A stretch of DNA of 58,933 nucleotides, counting the filler. It is 7 parts of 7 records of this genome, joined end to end, with 100 filler letters (N's around TTAATTAATTAA, not from the genome) between each part and the next. Parts side by side here need not be neighbours in the genome. Positions count along the whole stretch, not along the records: positions 1 to 8,019 come from SRR31156797_49603; positions 8,120 to 20,412 come from SRR31156797_49610; 5 more parts are not named here. The stretch is one strand, 5' to 3'. The notes below the pieces were generated by a model. It saw only the letters and a program-made list of their open reading frames with translations. It was not told the origin of the DNA and did no database searches. Positions 1 to 9,104 of this stretch are shown piece by piece. A program made the translations under genes and the position numbers. Numbering within the stretch: position 1 is the first letter of the stretch; each line of letters opens with the position of its first letter.

Positions 1-1677
1 TATCAGATCAATAAAAGCAATTTGATCGAAAGAATTGCTCAATTGGTTCAAAGCAAAGTGCTTGAAGGTATCAGCGATCTTCGTGATGAATCCGACAAAG
101 AAGGTATTCGTGTTGTCGTTGAATTGAAACGCGATTTCGAACCTCAGGTCGTATTGAATAATTTATATAAGCATACGCAACTTCAAGGTACCTTCGGTAT
201 CAATATGCTGGCGCTTGTTGATGGTCAACCTAAAGTGCTTCCTTTGAAGAGAATGTTGCAATTATTCATTGACTATCGTCATGAAGTGATCGTACGTCGA
301 ACACAGTACGAATTGAATAAAGCTGAAGCCAGAGCGCATATCTTGGAAGGTTTCAAGATTGCCTTGGATAACATTGATGAAGTGATCGAATTGATCAAGG
401 CTTCATCCTCAACGGCTGCCGCTCGCCAGGCTTTAATGCAACGTTTTGAATTCTCAGAGATCCAGGCAAATGCGATCCTTGAGATGAAATTACAGAAACT
501 AACCGGTCTGGAACGTGAAAAGATCATCCAGGAATACATTGATATTCTTAAGTTGATCGAAAAACTCAAATTCATTTTAGATAATAGAAGCAAACGTATG
601 GAGATCCTTGTAAGTGAAACTCGCGAGATCCAGGAAAAATACGGTGACGAACGTCGTACCGAAATGGTTGCTGATGCAGGTGATTTTTCTGTTGAAGATA
701 TGATCGCCGACGAAGAAATGGCGATTACCATCACTCATAACGGTTTCATCAAACGCACACCGGTCAACGTTTATCATGCGCAACGTCGCGGAGGTGTTGG
801 TAAGAAAGGTGCTACGGCAAAAGATGATGATTTTATTGAAAATCTTTTCATCGCTTCCACACATGATTACCTCATGTTCTTTACCAATTTGGGTAAGGTA
901 TACTGGTTGAAAGTACACGAGTTACCACAAGCCGGCCGTGCAACACGCGGACGTGCAATTGTTAATCTTCTTGAATGTGAAAAGAACGAAAAAGTACGCG
1001 CATTCTTGAATGTCCGCGATTTTTCAGAAGATAAGTACGTTGTTGCCGCTACTCGTAAAGGAACGATCAAAAAGACAAAACTCGAAGCCTACAGTCGTCC
1101 CCGCCGTACCGGGATCATTGCAATCAATCTTGCCGAAGGCGATGACATCATCGGTGTTGATATGACCAACGGTGAACAGGATATTATTCTTGGAACACGT
1201 AAGGGTAAAGCGATCCGCTTCAATGAAACACATGTTCGCGATATGGGTCGTTCGGCAACCGGAGTTCGCGGTGTGACCCTTGACGGTCCCGATGATGCGG
1301 TTGTCGACATGGTCGTTGTCAAGCGTGAAGGCGCTACCGTTTTGGCGGTAAGTGACAAAGGTTACGGCAAGCGTTCCGATATCATGGATTACCGTATTAC
1401 CAATCGTGGCGGTAAAGGTGTGATCACCATAAAAACCACCGATAAGGTTGGTCAGATGGTCGCACTGAAAGAAGTTGTCGATTCCGATGACCTGATGATC
1501 ATTACGACCAGCGGTCTGCTGATCCGTCAGCACATCAATCGTATCAACACACTTTCAAGAAATACCCAGGGTGTCCGTTTGATCAATCTCCATGAACAGG
1601 ATCAGATCTCTGCGATCCGCTACGTCATGGAATCTGATGAAAAAGAAGACGAACTGCAGGAAATGAAAAGTGAATAA
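1..1677 (+). CDS. gyrA: DNA gyrase subunit A (5'-truncated at window edge)
   Basis: Frame is open from base 1 (YQINKSNLIER). It contains LRDESDKEGIRVV, the GyrA-box QRRGGVG, beta-pinwheel repeats and an acidic tail. Confidence 0.97.
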   Translation, partial: YQINKSNLIERIAQLVQSKVLEGISDLRDESDKEGIRVVVELKRDFEPQVVLNNLYKHTQLQGTFGINMLALVDGQPKVLPLKRMLQLFIDYRHEVIVRRTQYELNKAEARAHILEGFKIALDNIDEVIELIKASSSTAAARQALMQRFEFSEIQANAILEMKLQKLTGLEREKIIQEYIDILKLIEKLKFILDNRSKRMEILVSETREIQEKYGDERRTEMVADAGDFSVEDMIADEEMAITITHNGFIKRTPVNVYHAQRRGGVGKKGATAKDDDFIENLFIASTHDYLMFFTNLGKVYWLKVHELPQAGRATRGRAIVNLLECEKNEKVRAFLNVRDFSEDKYVVAATRKGTIKKTKLEAYSRPRRTGIIAINLAEGDDIIGVDMTNGEQDIILGTRKGKAIRFNETHVRDMGRSATGVRGVTLDGPDDAVVDMVVVKREGATVLAVSDKGYGKRSDIMDYRITNRGGKGVITIKTTDKVGQMVALKEVVDSDDLMIITTSGLLIRQHINRINTLSRNTQGVRLINLHEQDQISAIRYVMESDEKEDELQEMKSE

Positions 1678-1683
1678 ATAACA

Positions 1684-1751
1684 GTTTAGAAGTTTAGGGT
1701 TTAGAGGTTTAAGGGCTGTGAATTTAGTTCTAAACCACTAAACCACTAAAC
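1684..1751. repeat. Short tandem ~8-bp repeats in inverted arrangement (GTTTAG x3-4 ... CTAAAC x3)
   Basis: GTTTAG at 1684, 1692 and 1699 (GTTTAA at 1707); complementary CTAAAC at 1730, 1738 and 1746. Confidence 0.75.
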
Positions 1752-1761
1752 GTCTTTTATT

Positions 1762-2430
1762 ATGATAAATGACAGACTTACAGCTATCAGACAAGATGTT
1801 CAACGCTACTCTCCTTATCCGGATCGAGTGCGGATCGTAGCTGTTAGCAAAAAACAGCCCATTGACAAGATGCTTGAAGGCATTGAAGCCGGAATTACAG
1901 ATATCGGAGAGAATCGAATTCAAGATGCTTTGGATAAATTTGCCATTGAACCTTTTACGGGTGTTACACGGCATTTTATCGGATACCTGCAATCAAACAA
2001 AGTAAATAAATGCTTGCAGAATTTTGATTGGCTTCATAGTTTGCAATCAGAGAAACTTGCAAAGCTAATTGCGAACAGCGAACTCCGGTTAAAATGTTTA
2101 CTAGAAGTTAACGTGTCCGGAGAAGAAAATAAGTCCGGTCTGCAGCCGGATGAGCTTTCTGCCTTTGTAAAAAAGCTCAGAGAGTTCAAGGGTTTGGACA
2201 TACGCGGATTGATGGGAATGGCCGCATTCACACAAGATGGAACAGCCGTTCGTAGTTCTTTCAAACTGTTAAGTCAACTGGCGAATGATTGTAAGAACCT
2301 TGAAACGGAAAGTCTGAGAATGGATGAACTGTCCATGGGTATGACCAACGATTACCGGATCGCTCTCGAAGAGGGGAGCACGATGATCCGTGTAGGGACC
2401 GGTATTTTTGGTCCAAGGAGTATAAATTGA
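1762..2430 (+). CDS. yggS: YggS/PLPBP pyridoxal phosphate homeostasis protein
   Basis: Motifs VAVSK, GENRIQ, HFIGYLQSNK, GLMGM, LSMGMTNDY and IRVGTGIFG. Confidence 0.95.
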   Translation: MINDRLTAIRQDVQRYSPYPDRVRIVAVSKKQPIDKMLEGIEAGITDIGENRIQDALDKFAIEPFTGVTRHFIGYLQSNKVNKCLQNFDWLHSLQSEKLAKLIANSELRLKCLLEVNVSGEENKSGLQPDELSAFVKKLREFKGLDIRGLMGMAAFTQDGTAVRSSFKLLSQLANDCKNLETESLRMDELSMGMTNDYRIALEEGSTMIRVGTGIFGPRSIN

Positions 2431-2885
2431 TGAATTGGATAGATCTTTCGGGAATGAAAGCACCTTCGGCACTGCCGGCAGGCTGGAAATTTCGTTCTTT
2501 AACGAAACATATGGAAGATGAAGAGATCGCCAAATGCGGTGACACCATACTTGTTACCATGTGTTCGAAAGAAATAAAAAAGGGACATGTTGTTGCAGTG
2601 CGTGACCATGTAAATATGTCCGGAAAAAACCCTTTACGGGGTCACAACAATGAAGAATTCGGGGTCAGGTTTCCCGATATGTCGCATCCATATGCTATTC
2701 CAAATGGATTCGAAGGTGAAAGCGTTGTGATACGGGCCGGACAAAATGAGGAGCATCCTTTTGATGCTATTGATGCATCCGAGATCGTATATCAAACGAT
2801 CCTGGCAAAGCATCAGCTTAAAACGGTCTATGCGCTGATCTATGGAGAAGACAGCGGAGCCGGTGAAATTTTAAAATTATTTTAG
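2427..2885 (+). CDS. Short protein with a purine nucleoside phosphorylase-like internal segment
   Basis: DHVNMSGKNPLRGHNNEEFGVRFPDMSHPY matches the trimeric PNP segment DHIN..G.NPL.G.N...FG.RFPDMS..Y. The ORF is only 152 aa and overlaps the yggS stop. Confidence 0.6.
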   Translation: MMNWIDLSGMKAPSALPAGWKFRSLTKHMEDEEIAKCGDTILVTMCSKEIKKGHVVAVRDHVNMSGKNPLRGHNNEEFGVRFPDMSHPYAIPNGFEGESVVIRAGQNEEHPFDAIDASEIVYQTILAKHQLKTVYALIYGEDSGAGEILKLF

Positions 2886-2895
2886 GGAGACTAAC

Positions 2896-3363
2896 ATGCA
2901 TAAAAATTCAATGAACAAAGTGGTATTGGTCGGACGTTTGGGACAGAACCCGGAACAGCGCGCAACGCCCAGTGGAACCGCAGTGACCAATTTATCCGTA
3001 GCTACGAATGAAACTTACAAGAATCAAAGTGGTGAATACCAGGATTCAACCGAATGGCACCGCTGTGTAGCTTTTGGAAAAACCGCTGAATATATCGGCA
3101 ACTTTTTTACAAAGGGCCGCTTGGTCTATATTGACGGTCGTTTGCGTACACGTAAATGGCAAGACAATAATAATGCCACCCATTATACCACAGAGATCAT
3201 GGTTGATACGGCTATGTTGCTGGATCGTGCTCAGCAGTCAGACGGTGCCGGCGGTGGCGGGGTTTATGCTCCGGCTCAAAACAACAGCCGCCCTGCAGCA
3301 CAACAGAAACAAGCAGCACCCGAACCCGCTATGCCTGAAAATGAAGAAGAACTGCCCTTCTAA
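2896..3363 (+). CDS. ssb: Single-stranded DNA-binding protein
   Basis: NKVVLVGRLGQNPE, TEWHR, GRLRTRKW and an acidic EEELPF tail. Confidence 0.97.
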   Translation: MHKNSMNKVVLVGRLGQNPEQRATPSGTAVTNLSVATNETYKNQSGEYQDSTEWHRCVAFGKTAEYIGNFFTKGRLVYIDGRLRTRKWQDNNNATHYTTEIMVDTAMLLDRAQQSDGAGGGGVYAPAQNNSRPAAQQKQAAPEPAMPENEEELPF

Positions 3364-3372
3364 GGAAAATAA

Positions 3373-4068
3373 ATGAACGATCGCGAATTTGAAAATACGA
3401 CATTGGAACAAGAAGAGGAACAATTAGCCGCTGTGCTTTGTCCCGTTTGCGGTAATCCCGTAAACAATCATCCGGCAGAGGAGCTTTACACCGTTGATCT
3501 GGTTGAAAGTGACTTCCGTGTAAGGACCCTTGATGATGATATCCTTGATACATGGTTGGTATTCTGTCATCATTGTTTCTTTGTTACACATGATTTTAAG
3601 CAGATCCCGGACGATATTGAAAAAGTTCAGGATGTGGTTGAATCTGAAGATTATAAAATAAGATTCGCTGATACTAATCCAACAACCTTGGAACTATTTG
3701 AACATTATTTGTATATGCTTGAACAGGTCAAAGCTTTGCCAATGGTCTTTGCAGACACCTACCTGAGGATCTCCTGGCTTTATGAAGATGACGGCGATAT
3801 CGCCGCAGCTGATGAATGTCGTGAAAAGGCCATAGTACATTTTGCAAAAGCGTTGCTGCTTGGTAATCTTGATGATAAAGAAATATCAATGATCTATTAT
3901 TACATTGCCGAGCTTAGCAGGCGTAAGGGTGAATTTGACCGGGCAAAGAAAACATTGTTCAAGATGGATATGCAGATCCCGATGATCAAGCGTTTGTTCG
4001 ATATGCAATCGGTGCTGATAAGGGATGAGAATAAATCGGCGGTAGCCATGCCGCGAGAGGAGAATTAG
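3373..4068 (+). CDS. DUF2225-like protein (Zn-finger plus TPR-like helices)
   Basis: CPVC...CHHC pairs, followed by YLRISWLY and YYIAELSRRKGEFDRA helical repeats. Confidence 0.65.
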   Translation: MNDREFENTTLEQEEEQLAAVLCPVCGNPVNNHPAEELYTVDLVESDFRVRTLDDDILDTWLVFCHHCFFVTHDFKQIPDDIEKVQDVVESEDYKIRFADTNPTTLELFEHYLYMLEQVKALPMVFADTYLRISWLYEDDGDIAAADECREKAIVHFAKALLLGNLDDKEISMIYYYIAELSRRKGEFDRAKKTLFKMDMQIPMIKRLFDMQSVLIRDENKSAVAMPREEN

Positions 4069-4070
4069 AT

Positions 4071-4931
4071 ATGATGATCAATTACCCTGAATTCGAGGCG
4101 ATGCTTCTGGAACAGGAAGCGGGAGCTACGACAATTCTCTTCAAATATATTCACATTTTAAATCGTTATTTTTCAGAGAACAATGAGCTTTCTTCCGATG
4201 CACAACGAGAAGCTCTGGATTATATCTATGAAGAAGCAAGAGCGGCACATCCACTGATCGCGATCTTTCCGAATCTTCAAGATTACCTGGTAAAGGAAAT
4301 ATCCGAAGGTAAAAATATTCCGGAGATCCTTCAGGAATTCGGTACAAAGATCAAAGCAAATAACGATAAAACAATTAATACCACGATAAATAAATTGATC
4401 AAGGACGGCTCAAAGATATTCACTTTTTCGCACAGTTCGGTCGTTCGAAAAGCAATTATGGAAGCTGCGAAAACAGGAAAGCGTTTTGAAGTGATCCTGA
4501 CAGAAGCACGACCCGTAGGTGAGGGCCTTGCTTTAGCAAAATTCCTGGGCAGAGCCGGTATCCCCGTTTCACTTTACACCGATGCTGCAATGGAATTGGC
4601 GATCTCCAGATGCGATATGGTACTGGTCGGTACGGACTGGTACTGGCATCGTGGATTTATTAACAAGATCGGAACGCACTCCGCGCTTAGAATTGCCGAT
4701 GAACGCGAGAAAGAATTCTATGTCTTAAGTGACAGCAGCAAATATATTGATACGCCGCCCTCGGATTGGTCGCGTGATAAACATCCCGCTTCGCAGATCC
4801 TGATGGAGCAGATCGAGAACGTTACTGTTCATAACCCATACTTTGAATCTATTTGGTTCAAGGGTGTCAGCAATATCATTGTTGACGGCCAGATGAAAAA
4901 ATTTAATAAGAAGTACGAGATCATCATGTAG
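4071..4931 (+). CDS. IF-2B family protein (eIF2B-alpha/ribose-1,5-bisphosphate isomerase-like)
   Basis: IFTFSHSSVV, VILTEARPVGEG, DMVLVGTD, INKIGT and NPYFE. Confidence 0.85.
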   Translation: MMINYPEFEAMLLEQEAGATTILFKYIHILNRYFSENNELSSDAQREALDYIYEEARAAHPLIAIFPNLQDYLVKEISEGKNIPEILQEFGTKIKANNDKTINTTINKLIKDGSKIFTFSHSSVVRKAIMEAAKTGKRFEVILTEARPVGEGLALAKFLGRAGIPVSLYTDAAMELAISRCDMVLVGTDWYWHRGFINKIGTHSALRIADEREKEFYVLSDSSKYIDTPPSDWSRDKHPASQILMEQIENVTVHNPYFESIWFKGVSNIIVDGQMKKFNKKYEIIM

Positions 4932-4941
4932 GAGAATTATC

Positions 4942-5751
4942 ATGTCCACTTACTACAATTACAGAACCGCCCTGTTGATATTGTTCATGAGCCTTGTCGC
5001 CTATTTAATTCTAATATTAGGATTTTATTATAACGATGCTCTGATGGGGGACACCCCTCAGGCAGCCAGGTATATTGTCCTAGGTGTTTTTGAAGCACTA
5101 TTATTGGTTCCTTTGCTATTGTATGTGATCGGAAATGGAAAATCCGTTAAGCATGCTTTCCGACTTCGTTTTGTTTCCATGAGAGCTTTGAAGGATATCC
5201 TCTTTATTGCTGTCGGAATGTTCGTTGTCCTGGAGTTTTTTCAATATCTCCTTGAAATGTTGTATGGCGGTGAGGTTTTTGTCAGCCAGGATCTGAAGGT
5301 TCTTTATCCTTTGAACTATATTCTGCTTGTTCCGGTAGTCGGTATTATAACCCCAATAGTAGAGGAAGCTGTATTCAGGGGATATTTATTGCGGATAATG
5401 ACAAGAAATAAAATGTCACCTGTTATATCGGTAGTTTTACAGGCTTTATTGTTTACTGTCGTTCATTTAAGTTTTAGAAATGCACCGGTCGTTTTTATTG
5501 CCGGAATCATTCTAGGTTATCTGGCATATTCCTTTCATTCTATCGTTCCGGGTATTATTATTCACAGTATTTTTAATATTCTTGCCCTGGTCAATATCAA
5601 TGCTCCACAGATCAAGGAAAACATTATTCACAGTCAGGACTATGTTCCCTGGTTAATTATTGGCATTGGAACATTATTGTTAATATTTGGGCTTGCAAGT
5701 ATAAGAAAAAATGTGCATGTTCATCGTCATAAACACAGAGAAGAAACATAA
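4942..5751 (+). CDS. CPBP (CAAX/Abi) family intramembrane glutamic endopeptidase
   Basis: EEAVFRG, FTVVH and HSIFN motifs in a multi-TM protein. Confidence 0.9.
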   Translation: MSTYYNYRTALLILFMSLVAYLILILGFYYNDALMGDTPQAARYIVLGVFEALLLVPLLLYVIGNGKSVKHAFRLRFVSMRALKDILFIAVGMFVVLEFFQYLLEMLYGGEVFVSQDLKVLYPLNYILLVPVVGIITPIVEEAVFRGYLLRIMTRNKMSPVISVVLQALLFTVVHLSFRNAPVVFIAGIILGYLAYSFHSIVPGIIIHSIFNILALVNINAPQIKENIIHSQDYVPWLIIGIGTLLLIFGLASIRKNVHVHRHKHREET

Positions 5752-5768
5752 GGAAGGAGGTGTAGGCC

Positions 5769-7160
5769 ATGAGAAACAACGAAGTGATCCTGCTTGTAGA
5801 TACTTATCGCAAACTACATCGTCGTGGCGCAAAGTCTAATCTGGTCAATATCATTGACAAAACACACCCGGCAGACCTTGCCCTTTTATTTCGCTCCTTT
5901 ACTCAGCATGAGCGCCTGTATTTCTTTTCTTTAATAAAAACGAATGAGCAAAAAGCAGAGGTATTGTCCGAAGTTGACGATAATATCATTGTAGAAATAT
6001 TACATTCACTAAAACGTGACGAAGTCATTCATATTTTCCGGGAAATGGATTATGATGATGAGACCAGTATTCTTCGACTTTTACCGGAAGAGGAACAGCA
6101 GGAACTCATCAAGCTTATGAAGGACGAAGAATCCCGCGAAGTTGAAGCCCTCATGGAATATGATGAAGAGACCGCCGGTAGTATCATGAACCCGGAAGTG
6201 TTTCATCTTCCTGAAGATATTTCTGTGGGCGATGCCACAAAAGAAATTCAAAGCAATGTTGATACCGAGATGGTATTCTACATATATGTCACAGATGAAC
6301 GTTCTCACTTGATCGGTGTGGTCTCTTTGCGACAACTGATCTTGAACGACCCCCAGAAAAAACTTTCCGGCATCATGGTAGAAGATGTGGTAAGCATACG
6401 ACCTGAAACGGATCAGGAAGAAGTTGCAAGACTGGCATCCCGATATAATTTTGTTGCCGTTCCGGTGGTTGATGATGAAAACAAACTCATCGGTGTGGTT
6501 ACCGTTGACGATATTATTGACGTTCTTAGAGAAGAGGCTACCGAGGATTTACTCCAAATGGCCGGTTTAGGGCGTGATACAGACATTATCTTGAAATCTG
6601 CATGGGAAACAACCAAACAACGTTTTCCGTGGCTACTGGCCACCTATATCGGCGGTTTGATAGCAGCAATGGTCATCGGAGCTTTTCATGATCTCTTGGG
6701 AGCATTTGTGATCTTAACATCTTTCATTCCCATTATCGCGGGTATGGGGGGAAATATTGGGACACAAAGTTCAACCATCATTACCCGTGGATTGTTGACA
6801 GGCCGGGTCAATCCGGATACCACATGGAAGATCGTAGGCAAAGAATTAAGAGTAGGCATTACGCTTGGCTTGATCTATGGTATCGCATTGGGGGGCATTG
6901 CCTTCCTGATGACCTACGTCATTAAATCCAGCGGTTATTCTTATGAATTGACTCATTGTATTGAGCTGAGCATTGCTATCGCCATTGGTATTGTGATCGC
7001 CATGTCCCTGGCAACTTTTACCGGAACTGTCGCACCGATCGTTTTTAATAAATTAAAGATCGATCCGGCAATTGCCACCGGTCCGCTGGTGACGACAACG
7101 ATAGATATCCTGGGTATTCTTATCTACCTTGTGATCGCAACCGCACTCGTACAGCTATAA
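5769..7160 (+). CDS. mgtE: Magnesium transporter MgtE
   Basis: N-domain, CBS pair, RFPWLL, GGNIGTQ and DPAIATGPLVTTTIDI. Confidence 0.96.
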   Translation: MRNNEVILLVDTYRKLHRRGAKSNLVNIIDKTHPADLALLFRSFTQHERLYFFSLIKTNEQKAEVLSEVDDNIIVEILHSLKRDEVIHIFREMDYDDETSILRLLPEEEQQELIKLMKDEESREVEALMEYDEETAGSIMNPEVFHLPEDISVGDATKEIQSNVDTEMVFYIYVTDERSHLIGVVSLRQLILNDPQKKLSGIMVEDVVSIRPETDQEEVARLASRYNFVAVPVVDDENKLIGVVTVDDIIDVLREEATEDLLQMAGLGRDTDIILKSAWETTKQRFPWLLATYIGGLIAAMVIGAFHDLLGAFVILTSFIPIIAGMGGNIGTQSSTIITRGLLTGRVNPDTTWKIVGKELRVGITLGLIYGIALGGIAFLMTYVIKSSGYSYELTHCIELSIAIAIGIVIAMSLATFTGTVAPIVFNKLKIDPAIATGPLVTTTIDILGILIYLVIATALVQL

Positions 7161-7164
7161 CGGT

Positions 7165-7866
7165 ATGAAGAAATTATCCTTAATTATAATATTATTCCTG
7201 ATAGCGGGAGTTCTAAGCGCTTCCGATACGCTATTTTTTAAAGTGAGTTTATTGGGGCTTCATTGCGCAAGTGTTGAAGTGACCGAGAACCGTATCAGCG
7301 ATGAAGTGACCGAGATCGTATATCATGCTTTTACAGTTGGTGGATTTCATAAGATCTATAAAATTGAAAATTGGTATTACTATTACACGGATCCAGAATT
7401 ATCCCATGTGGATTCACTAAAAAAAGATATTACCAATCGAAATATGAAGCAATTGTATCGCGAAGATATATATGATGGAAATATTCATTATTCAGACTCA
7501 TTGTCACTTGAAACACCTGAACCGGTGCATCATATTTTATCGGCTCTGGTCTATTTTATCCATTATCCCGAATACCGTGTAAGCGCTTATTCTTTTCCTT
7601 ATCTGATCACGGATGAAGGTGATTTGTATGATATCGGTATCACGGTTAAAAAGAACGATAAAAAAAGACAAGATGAGGTTTCTTTTACCTTCGAACATAT
7701 AGCCGGCGAAGAGATCCTGGAGCCCACAGACGTTTTCAACTGGATGATATGTGCGGGCAAGGGGACGCGAATGCTGGCATATTCCTACGATGACAATACC
7801 ATTACCGAAGGAGTTTTTTCTTTGGGGTTCGGTGGTTTGCATCTAAGAGCGAAACGCGTGCGATAG
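7165..7866 (+). CDS. Exported hypothetical protein (possibly DUF3108-like)
   Basis: Signal peptide MKKLSLIIILFLIAGVLSA; beta-rich composition; 4 nt after the mgtE stop. Confidence 0.6.
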   Translation: MKKLSLIIILFLIAGVLSASDTLFFKVSLLGLHCASVEVTENRISDEVTEIVYHAFTVGGFHKIYKIENWYYYYTDPELSHVDSLKKDITNRNMKQLYREDIYDGNIHYSDSLSLETPEPVHHILSALVYFIHYPEYRVSAYSFPYLITDEGDLYDIGITVKKNDKKRQDEVSFTFEHIAGEEILEPTDVFNWMICAGKGTRMLAYSYDDNTITEGVFSLGFGGLHLRAKRVR

Positions 7867-7931
7867 AGCACGGGCGTGGTAGCGCAATAGTGCGATGTAG
7901 TGGGAACGTAATTGTAAACTATTGAAAAATA

Positions 7932-8018
7932 TTAATCAACTTTCCATTTATCGGCGCTTAGGCGCATATTTACCAACATTCCAATAATTCCATCGTATTC
8001 TTTATCAAAATATTCAAA
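7932..8018 (-). CDS. C-terminal fragment of a probable four-helix-bundle (23S rRNA IVP-like) protein
   Basis: The minus strand reads FEYFDKEYDGIIGMLVNMRLSADKWKVD* from the contig edge, resembling the family's Y..I.GML..M....KW end. It is absent from the ORF track. Confidence 0.5.
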   Translation of the reverse strand, partial: FEYFDKEYDGIIGMLVNMRLSADKWKVD

Positions 8019-8019
8019 T

Positions 8020-8119
8020 NNNNNNNNNNNNNNNNNNNNNNNNNNNNNNNNNNNNNNNNNNNNTTAATTAATTAANNNNNNNNNNNNNNNNNNNNNNNNN
8101 NNNNNNNNNNNNNNNNNNN
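8020..8119. other. Artificial contig spacer
   Basis: N44-TTAATTAATTAA-N44, giving stops in all six frames. Confidence 0.98.
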
Positions 8120-9012
8120 TCCCAGAATTTCCCTTCCCAGGCATCGGATTTGGGATTGTTCACATCCCAACACCAGTCGGAGGTGCCGAAGATACCGATG
8201 CAGGCATCGCCGCCGGCTTCCAGTTCCACGGGACCGGGCGCCGCACCGGATACGATCCGGGCATATTTCTGAATACCGAAATCATAGGCCTGTTTGGCGA
8301 AAACCGGAATCACATTGGTAATGAGAGCGATATAAATGCCGTCCGCGCCGGAAGCTTTGATCTTGCTGATGTAAGAGGACCAGTCCTTGGTTTTGATGGG
8401 GGCTCGATCAAATTTTTCGTTGTAAATCTTGATGCCGTTTTCCTTGGCCAGTTTGATGAACCGCTGGGCCGCATCGTGGCCCCAGGCGTAATCGTGGACC
8501 AGCACATAGTAGGTCCTTTTTTTCAGGTCCGGTGTTGCCAGAATACCTTTGACGTTCCCCACAGCGGTCTGGTCGTTGGCCAGCTGTCCGGAGCGGAATA
8601 CCAACGGGTTGAGACCGTAAAACTTGGTGGTCATCACATGGGTGGACAGAAAGGGTACATTGAGTTTGTTGATATTTTTTGCCAGCGCCAGGCCTACGCC
8701 ACTTGAAAAAACGCCGATCAAGGCCTTGCAGTCATCCTTGAATACCAGTTTTTCCGCCTTGCTCACGGCAATGGGAGGTTTGACACGGGTATCTTCAACG
8801 ATAAGATTGATGGGACGACCCAGGATGGTCTTTTTTTCCTCGGCAGCCATCTGGATGCCCATTTTCATTTCTTCACCACCCTGCGCCACAATACCTGAGA
8901 GGGGAACCAGCACGCCGATATTAATCGGTTTTTCAGCCATGGAATTCAGTGGAAAAGCAAATAATACGACCGCCAATACACATAAAAATATCATACGGAA
9001 CCGCTTTTTCAT
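8120..9012 (-). CDS. Branched-chain amino acid (LivJ-like) ABC transporter substrate-binding protein, 3'-truncated
   Basis: Signal peptide, INIGVLVPLSG, HDYAWG and DWSSYISKIKASGAD. ATG at 9012 follows an AGGAG SD. Confidence 0.9.
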
Positions 9013-9104
9013 CTTTCTCCTCCTTCTCTTCACCCTTAGACTCTGATTATTGGCAAATTCATTCCGACCAGATCTTTTCTATCACCCCCCTTAATGCCGA
9101 ATTG

